From: an uncultured Planctomycetia bacterium
GTDB taxonomy: Bacteria > Omnitrophota > Gorgyraeia > CAYVEO01
Length of the DNA: 64,000 nucleotides
Assembly (NCBI GenBank): GCA_964449965.1
Contig: CAYVEO010000003.1
Span: forward strand, 1,052-65,051
Direction: 5' to 3'
In this document: one piece after another, positions 57,955 through 64,000 of the stretch
Numbering within the stretch: the first letter of the stretch is position 1
Layout of the letters: each line of letters begins with the position of its first letter
Position numbers and translations under genes: made by a program
The notes under the pieces: generated by a model
Database searches by the model: none
What the model was told of the DNA's origin: nothing
The model's input: only the letters and a program-made list of their open reading frames with translations

Positions 57955-58660
57955 TTGCCTTTCCCTCTAAGAATTCATAAAAAACTTTTGATATATATGG
58001 TTCGTATTTTGTTAATTCATCTTTGTTTAAAAGATATACAATTCTTAAATTTGGACTTTTAATAAAATCCTTGTAATCAAAATCGGCACTTCTTAGAAAT
58101 TGCCCTTCTGTGCTTTTGCTTCCTTTTAATTTCCTCTGCCATTTTTGTATTTTCATTTCCAAATTTTTCACAAAGTCTGAAAAGGTAAAAGGGAACTCAA
58201 TAATATAAATAAGTTTGCCATCAACGAATCCACTTACTAACATATTTAAATCTTTTTCATGTTTGTCCTTCTCTAATCTTAAGGAAGTATAGTCTGTAAA
58301 ATTTCCACCGCCATTTAATTTTGCGGGACTTGATTTTCTTTCACCTCTTTTATATTTTTCAGACTCTTCGGTATTAAAATTTTTAGGTTTGGCTTCACAT
58401 TTTAGGGTTTTTCCTGAAATAAATGTATCTTGCTTAAAACCATTGTAACCTATTTTACTTTCTTTATGTTCATATCCCGCTAAAGTAACTGTTATAAATT
58501 CTCTGATTGTTGATGAATTTTTATCATTTATATACATCGTTAATAAATCAACAAGCGTTCCAATAAGCGTATCTTTTGATTTGCCTATTAAATAACTACT
58601 CAATTCTTTATGACTCCCTGTTGAATATATTTTTATAACATTTGCCAATTCTTGATTCAT
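57947..58660 (-). CDS. Putative type II restriction endonuclease (start revised to 58660)
   Basis: Overlaps the MTase start; PD-(D/E)xK-like GYNG...CEAK; GAGG RBS. Confidence 0.55.
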   Translation of the reverse strand: MNQELANVIKIYSTGSHKELSSYLIGKSKDTLIGTLVDLLTMYINDKNSSTIREFITVTLAGYEHKESKIGYNGFKQDTFISGKTLKCEAKPKNFNTEESEKYKRGERKSSPAKLNGGGNFTDYTSLRLEKDKHEKDLNMLVSGFVDGKLIYIIEFPFTFSDFVKNLEMKIQKWQRKLKGSKSTEGQFLRSADFDYKDFIKSPNLRIVYLLNKDELTKYEPYISKVFYEFLEGKANE

Positions 58661-58689
58661 GTTTTCGCCTCTTCCGAATTTTAAATTCC

Positions 58690-58750
58690 GCCTAACATGT
58701 ATTAGACTACCGAACAAAATTTGCAAACACTGTAAGTTTTGCAGTCTAAC
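58690..58750 (-). mobile_element. attI-like site heading the cassette array
   Basis: GTCTAA-TACAT-GTTAGGC simple site without an attC hairpin; GTTAGGC is complementary to R'' of attC-1; extra GTTAGAC box upstream. Confidence 0.6.
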
Positions 58751-58814
58751 TACTACACATATTTAAACCAATTAAAAAGTTGCGAAGCAGTTAAGAAAAT
58801 ACTGATGCTTGATG

Positions 58815-59045
58815 TTATGCAGCCTTCAGTTCGCGTACGTGGAGAATTTCCTTTCCTCTCATTGCCCTGACATCGCCAGTACTGAGAGTCACAACAGCAG
58901 CAGTTCCCCCCTCACCCGTCACAAACTCGACTTCAAGTGCCTTGCCACTCCGATAGCAGTGTACAACGGCTCCGATGTCGCCAGCCTCCAACCCATATTC
59001 AGGTGCATTCCGAGTTAACACAACCGCATCCAATTCTTTTATCAT
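58815..59045 (-). CDS. DUF4926 protein (start revised)
   Basis: MIKELDAVVL..GL.AGDIGAVVH.Y...EVEFV. Confidence 0.85.
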   Translation of the reverse strand: MIKELDAVVLTRNAPEYGLEAGDIGAVVHCYRSGKALEVEFVTGEGGTAAVVTLSTGDVRAMRGKEILHVRELKAA

Positions 59046-59089
59046 AATACCATCCGTGAGGCCGGTTGGATTCATCAGCTTGTTAGACA

Positions 59090-59302
59090 TCACAAATCTT
59101 CAGGCTGGAGACCCGTGTGTTTTGCAATGCGAGCCAACATCCGAGGACCAATTTCTTCGCGATCATGAAAGGCAAAAACGAAATCAGGATGCCCTTCCCT
59201 TGCAAGTATCTGGTGAGACCCTGAGATCCTCTTGACCTTCCATCCTATACGCTCCAATGCCTTTAGGACTTGCCGGGCTCGCGTACTGGACCAGTGGCTC
59301 AT
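59090..59302 (-). CDS. hicA: HicA-like toxin (start revised to 59302)
   Basis: LKALERIGW..KRISGSH...FHD.EEIGP; ATGA overlap with hicB. Confidence 0.85.
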   Translation of the reverse strand: MSHWSSTRARQVLKALERIGWKVKRISGSHQILAREGHPDFVFAFHDREEIGPRMLARIAKHTGLQPEDL

Positions 59303-59505
59303 GCCGCTTTGAACAAGATCGTAATGGGAGCCGCAAGTTGCTCGCCCTTTTCTATTCTTTCCGCTATCACCCTCAAGGCAAGAGCCTCCGCTTGTCCCAA
59401 GGCTTCCTCTCGGCTTCCTCCGTACTTCATTACGCCGGGGAGTTCTATGATCTCGGCGATCCAACGACCATCGGTTTCCTGTTCAGTTTCAATTGTGAAC
59501 TGCAT
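59299..59505 (-). CDS. hicB: HicB-like antitoxin
   Basis: EQETDGRWIAE..ELPGV..YG.SREEA. Confidence 0.88.
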   Translation of the reverse strand: MQFTIETEQETDGRWIAEIIELPGVMKYGGSREEALGQAEALALRVIAERIEKGEQLAAPITILFKAA

Positions 59506-59602
59506 GTTTCCTCCTAACTACGACCCTCTATAGTTTTAACCTTGGCAACTCGTGATGTGCTATATGGGAAGGTAACCGTATGCCCTTTCTTACGTATTTA
59601 AA

Positions 59603-59631
59603 AATATATCATGTAAAAATGATTTTGTCAA
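59603..59631 (-). promoter_or_regulatory. sigma70 promoter facing hicBA and the cassette array
   Basis: TTGACA-17-TATATT with TG extension. Confidence 0.6.
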
Positions 59632-59677
59632 ACACTTTTTCAGGTTTTTGGGGACAGGTTTTAGAATTCTTTTTTTC

Positions 59678-59706
59678 TTGCCTTATGTAAAAAATTCTTG
59701 TATAAT
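59678..59706 (+). promoter_or_regulatory. sigma70 promoter of the putA operon
   Basis: TTGCCT-17-TATAAT. Confidence 0.5.
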
Positions 59707-59725
59707 TTCCTTTGAGCGGCAACCT

Positions 59726-59753
59726 GTCGGGGCGTCATAAATGTCGCCCCTAC
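59726..59753 (-). repeat. GTAG REP-like hairpin
   Basis: Minus strand GTAGGGGCGACAT-TT-ATGACGCCCCGAC. Confidence 0.75.
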
Positions 59754-59783
59754 AATTTAAAGTTAGAAAGAGGGGTATAAATT

Positions 59784-60014
59784 ATGCAGGACTTTGAGAA
59801 GTTAGGGGTGTTTTATTTAGGGCGGTTGTATGACATGAAGGCAGAAGGTCAAAGGGAGGGATTACTCCTGTACGATTCCAATGATCTTGTTACGCATCTG
59901 GAGACTATTAACCTCATGCCTACTAAGACTAATATTTCAGTACAGATTACCTCACTAACCTGGATTCCCAACTGGCAGGACGCGCAGGCAAAAATAACGC
60001 CTGCATGGAAATAA
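59784..60014 (+). pseudogene. Internally deleted remnant of a HerA/DUF87-like ATPase gene
   Basis: N-terminus FEKLGVFYLGR..LLYDSNDLVTH ends just before the expected Walker A and joins a C-terminus-like segment. Confidence 0.55.
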
Positions 60015-62923
60015 CCATGACCCAACGAGACTATAAGATTGAAGACCTGACAAAGGCAATCGGATACGAGATTTTTTCTCTGCTAAAAAAAGAAGTCCCT
60101 GCCTTCTTTGAGCGAGAACATTGGGAAACACAGGTCATGCAGTGGTGCATGGGCGATGATGACCTCAAGGTCAGAATCTTGAGATTTATAGATGTATTCC
60201 CCTCTATTAAAAGACCCGGACAGGTTGTGCGGCATCTGAGAGAATATTTCCCCGGTGCTGATATGCGTATTCCAAAGGCACTCCGCATCGGAATGGCGTG
60301 GACGAGGCCAACGATTATCACATCACGTGCCGTTACCTCTACTACTCAATGGCTCATTCAACGCATAGCGAGAAAATTTATCGCAGGTTCAACATTAGAA
60401 GAGGTCATCCCTGTCCTTGAACGTCTTAAGGTAGAAGGTGCCTCAGCAACCTTAGACGTCCTCGGGGAAGCAACAACGAGTGAAAAAGAGGCTGATGTGT
60501 ATATGTCACGCTATATAGATTTAATAAAGGGTCTTGGCACATCAAACGTATCATTAAAACTTTCTTCCCTTTACTCCAGATTTAACCCTCAAGACCAGGA
60601 AGGAAGTTCTTCCCATGTAAAACAACGTCTTAAGGAAATCTTCCGTGCAGCCAGGACATGCGGCACTTTCGCTAACATAGACATGGAACAATATAAATAC
60701 AGGGATTTAACTACCAGGATATTCAGAGAACTACTTATGGAAAAAGAGTTTTATGATTTTAAGGATGCAGGTATTGTCGTCCAGGCATATCTCAAAGATT
60801 CTGAAGAATCTATTCTGGATTTGATTCGCTGGGCAAGGGAGCGGAAGACCCCTATTACGATACGTCTTGTAAAGGGTGCATACTGGGACTGGGAGATTAT
60901 AAATGCAAGATTGGAAAATTGGCAAGTGCCGGTCTGGACAAATAAATGGGAAACCGACGCCGCTTTTGAAAGATTGACAGACATCCTCCTTAAAAATCAT
61001 GATGCTGTCCAGACTGCCATCGCAAGCCATAACGTTCGCAGTATCGCCCATGCCATGGCTTTCGCAAAATCAATGGGATTGGATAAGATGGCACCTGAAT
61101 TTCAAATGCTTTATGGCATGGCAGAGCCTGAAAAAAAGGCGATTATCTCTTTAGGATGGAATCTGCGTATCTATACCCCTTATGGAGAACTTATACCTGG
61201 CATAGCCTATCTTGTGAGGCGGATTCTTGAAAATACATCAAATGAGTCTTTTTTAAGACAGAGTTTCATCCGGGATTTACCAGAAGAGGAACTTTTAAAA
61301 AGCCCTGAAGAGATAGCACATCTTACACCGCAGGCGAAGAAAGAAGTGACAGGTATTAAGGTCACGGTTCCTGAATTTGAGAACGAACCTGATACTGATT
61401 TTTCTAAAGACAAGAATAGGACAAAGATGAAAGAGGTGATTAAGCGAGTCCAGAGACAGTTTGGCGCCTCATATATTCTGAAGGGTGCTAAAGGGCAATT
61501 TTTCTCAACTAACCCCGCACGTCCGAGCGAGGTCCTTGCCACCTTTTCCTTAGCCGAACCACATCATGCTGATGAGGCGATTAAGTCTGCAGAGGGTGCC
61601 TTCCTGACATGGAGGAACCTCGCGCCTGAGAAGAGACAGCGTCTGCTATACCGTGCAGCAGATATTATGCAGGAGGAACGTTTTGATTTGGCTGCCTGGG
61701 AGATTTTTGAAACAGGCAAGACATGGGAAGAGGCAGATGCAGATGTCAGCGAGGCAATAGATTATCTTAAGTATTACGGTCTTGAAGCCGTTAGGTTAGG
61801 TTCACCTCAGTTTTTAGGAAAGAGGCAGGGTGAGGTCAACGAATATAGTTATCAGCCTCGCGGTGTAGGTCTTGTCATTTCACCATGGAATTTCCCTCTT
61901 GCAATACTTACAGGCATGGTATCTGCATCTATTGCGGCAGGCAATTGTGTCATACTAAAACCATCAATGCTGTCAACCCTTGTTGCTGAAAAATTCATCT
62001 CATGTTTAAAAAGGGCAGGCATACCCGACGGTGTGGTCAACCTCATTCCGGGAGAGGGGCACACTGTAGGAGAGTATATGGTTTCTCATCCTGACATAAG
62101 TTTTATCGCCTTCACAGGCTCAATGGAAGCTGGACTGCGCATCAATTCTATTGCAGCGAATACTGCTAAAGGACAGGAATCCGTGAAAAGGGTCATAGCT
62201 GAAATGGGGGGTAAGAACGCTATAATCATTGATGAGGATGCTGATTTGGATGAGGCGGTAGTAGGGACTATTCATTCTGCCTTTGGCTACCAGGGGCAGA
62301 AATGCTCTGCTGCATCCAGGATTATAGTGCTTGAAGATGTATACGATAGGTTTATCAGCCGGCTGGTTGAATCTGCCAAGGCAATAAAGATTGGATATCC
62401 TGAAGACCCAGGGACACATATGGGGCCGCTTATAAGCGCTGATGCAAAAAATCGTGTTCTTGGATATATAAAAGAGGGAAAGGAAAATTTTACACTACTA
62501 TTAGAAACGAATGTGGATTCAATAGAAGGCGGCGGCCATTTTGCAGGCCCTGCAATCTTTGCAGATGTTCCTCACAATTCCCGTATGGCACAGGAGGAAA
62601 TTTTCGGACCTGTTCTGGCAGTCTTTAAGGTTAAGGATTTTAGAGAGGCAATACGCTTATTAAATGATACACGCTTTGCACTCACAGGCGGGCTTTACTC
62701 AAGGAGCCCGGTAAACATAGAACTTGCAAAAAAGGAACTTCAGGCAGGCAATTTTTATATAAACAGAAAGATAACCGGGGCAAAGGTGGGACGCCAGCCG
62801 TTCGGTGGATTTAAGATGTCAGGGGTAGGGTCAAAAGCCGGTGGACATGATTATCTACTGCAGTTTGTCCTCCCGCGCACAGTAACAGAGAACACTATCC
62901 GGCATGGCTTCGCCCCAATATGA
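60005..62923 (+). CDS. putA: Bifunctional proline dehydrogenase / P5C dehydrogenase
   Basis: DVLGE, IDME, VVQAYL, RLVKGAYW, YLVRRILEN; ALDH motifs SPWNFP, AEMGGKN, GQKCSA, EEIFGP. Confidence 0.95.
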   Translation: MEITMTQRDYKIEDLTKAIGYEIFSLLKKEVPAFFEREHWETQVMQWCMGDDDLKVRILRFIDVFPSIKRPGQVVRHLREYFPGADMRIPKALRIGMAWTRPTIITSRAVTSTTQWLIQRIARKFIAGSTLEEVIPVLERLKVEGASATLDVLGEATTSEKEADVYMSRYIDLIKGLGTSNVSLKLSSLYSRFNPQDQEGSSSHVKQRLKEIFRAARTCGTFANIDMEQYKYRDLTTRIFRELLMEKEFYDFKDAGIVVQAYLKDSEESILDLIRWARERKTPITIRLVKGAYWDWEIINARLENWQVPVWTNKWETDAAFERLTDILLKNHDAVQTAIASHNVRSIAHAMAFAKSMGLDKMAPEFQMLYGMAEPEKKAIISLGWNLRIYTPYGELIPGIAYLVRRILENTSNESFLRQSFIRDLPEEELLKSPEEIAHLTPQAKKEVTGIKVTVPEFENEPDTDFSKDKNRTKMKEVIKRVQRQFGASYILKGAKGQFFSTNPARPSEVLATFSLAEPHHADEAIKSAEGAFLTWRNLAPEKRQRLLYRAADIMQEERFDLAAWEIFETGKTWEEADADVSEAIDYLKYYGLEAVRLGSPQFLGKRQGEVNEYSYQPRGVGLVISPWNFPLAILTGMVSASIAAGNCVILKPSMLSTLVAEKFISCLKRAGIPDGVVNLIPGEGHTVGEYMVSHPDISFIAFTGSMEAGLRINSIAANTAKGQESVKRVIAEMGGKNAIIIDEDADLDEAVVGTIHSAFGYQGQKCSAASRIIVLEDVYDRFISRLVESAKAIKIGYPEDPGTHMGPLISADAKNRVLGYIKEGKENFTLLLETNVDSIEGGGHFAGPAIFADVPHNSRMAQEEIFGPVLAVFKVKDFREAIRLLNDTRFALTGGLYSRSPVNIELAKKELQAGNFYINRKITGAKVGRQPFGGFKMSGVGSKAGGHDYLLQFVLPRTVTENTIRHGFAPI

Positions 62924-63061
62924 AGTAGGCATATTTACCTTTCATCGGACGTTTGTTTGCCCCTGCGTGGCAAACTGCACTCACTTTTTGCGCTCGCTCG
63001 TCCTTCGGACACCATGCCCGCTCGCACAAAATATGCCTCTTCAAGATAAATATGTCTACTT
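62923..63061. mobile_element. MITE-like or structured element with 19-bp terminal inverted repeats
   Basis: AAGTAGGCATATTTACCTT ... AAGATAAATATGTCTACTT (17/19); internal hairpins. Confidence 0.55.
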
Positions 63062-63089
63062 TTAGAAAGAAAAATTCAAGGAGGCGGTA

Positions 63090-64000
63090 ATGTATAAAGA
63101 AACACTAGAACTAAGAGGGCATATCATTGATTCTTTAACCCTGCCTAAAATTTTAGACAATATAATATCGCACGGGGGCGATTATAAGATTGAAGAAATC
63201 CTCATCGGTCATAAGAAAGAAGACCCATCTTATGCACGTATTGCCATTCAGGCGGCTTCAAAGAAAAACTTTCAGTGGATTTTAAAAGATGCCATTGCAA
63301 ACGGTGCTATAATTCTAAAAGAGGAGGAGGTTGTAACCGGAAAAGCCCCCCGTAATGGCATATTCCCTGATGACTTCTATTCTACCACAAACCTGCCAAC
63401 ATTTGTTCTAATTAAAAGGCGATGGATTGAGGTCAAAGATATTGAAATGGACTGTGGCATAGTAGTCCACTGCGAAAAAGATGAAGCAGTATGTGCCCCT
63501 ATGTGCGATATCCGGAAAGGCGACCACGTGGTTATAAACGGCAGGGGTATAAAAGTAACCCCTGTAGAGCGGGCACGCGGGAAAGAGGTATTTAGTTTTA
63601 TGTCCAGTGCAGTCTCTTATGAAAAACCAAAATTGCTTATAACGCGCCAGATAGCAGATTATATAAGGGGCGTCAAGAAACATGGTAAAAAGGTGCTTTT
63701 CGTAGCAGGTCCGGCAGTAGTTCATACAGGCGCAGGCAGATATCTTTCCAGTATTATAAGAAGCGGTTATGTTGACATCCTCTTTGCAGGTAATGCCCTG
63801 GCTGTCCATGACATAGAGTCAGCCCTTTACGGGACGTCACTCGGTATTTCCCTTGAGAAAGGCATCCCCGCCACGAGAGGACACGAACATCACATGAGGG
63901 CAATTAACACTATACGTGCTATTGGCAGCATAAGGACCGCAGTAAATAAGGGTGTCCTCAGGAAAGGTATCATGTATTCGTGCATCAAGTACGGTGTGGA
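63090..64000 (+). CDS. TIGR00300 / LOR-SDH family protein (ornithine cyclodeaminase-like), runs off the window; not in the ORF track
   Basis: Manual translation: MYKETLELRGHIIDSL..FYSTTN..EMDCG..FSFMSSAVSYEKPK..AGPAVVHTG..GNALAVHDIE; GGAGG RBS. Confidence 0.85.
   Translation, partial: MYKETLELRGHIIDSLTLPKILDNIISHGGDYKIEEILIGHKKEDPSYARIAIQAASKKNFQWILKDAIANGAIILKEEEVVTGKAPRNGIFPDDFYSTTNLPTFVLIKRRWIEVKDIEMDCGIVVHCEKDEAVCAPMCDIRKGDHVVINGRGIKVTPVERARGKEVFSFMSSAVSYEKPKLLITRQIADYIRGVKKHGKKVLFVAGPAVVHTGAGRYLSSIIRSGYVDILFAGNALAVHDIESALYGTSLGISLEKGIPATRGHEHHMRAINTIRAIGSIRTAVNKGVLRKGIMYSCIKYGV

Noticed and set aside
58661-58726. N-terminal extension of the putative REase ORF
   Set aside because: It runs through the attI-like site; the RBS supports ATG 58660.
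53600-58750. Recurrent hairpins as a CRISPR array
   Set aside because: The units are not identical, are separated by whole genes, and no cas genes are present; they fit attC sites.
59303-59464. Long version of the hicA ORF (124 aa)
   Set aside because: The extension overlaps hicB in another frame; the ATGA coupling at 59299-59302 marks the real start.
63408-63809. 133-aa minus-strand ORF
   Set aside because: It is the antisense shadow of the plus-strand TIGR00300 gene.

Overview
Bacterial chromosomal window, roughly 40% GC by eye. Gene content and style suggest a diderm PVC-type lineage such as Ca. Omnitrophota; this is inference only. Most of the window is minus-strand housekeeping operons: glnA, thrC-hom-ispA-xseBA-radC, glycolipid genes, a TonB/ExbBD/TPR cluster, and folE-mnmE-folC-purH-pabC/pabB-comM. 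It also holds a large type IVa pilus locus (pilMNO, minor pilins, two major-type pilins, pilRS, pilCB) with a sigma54 promoter, and putA plus a TIGR00300 ornithine cyclodeaminase at the right end. Three features go beyond the ORF track. (1) An integron-type cassette array at about 53.6-58.75 kb, with an attI-like site and five attC sites but no integrase in the window. It carries an R-M pair, a caspase-domain protein and lipoproteins, is flanked by TA modules, and one cassette appears to have inserted into the middle of another attC. (2) A diverse population of GTAG/CTAC-tailed palindromic REP-like elements. Several sit in frame inside housekeeping genes (ispA, pabC, pabB), some carry a nested TCCGCC-N2/3-GGCGGA hairpin, and some show stem covariation. 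(3) A PilX-like minor pilin whose prepilin cleavage site lies internally, behind an extra secreted, membrane-anchored domain. No rRNA, tRNA or CRISPR array was seen. All family assignments come from motif recognition, not database searches.
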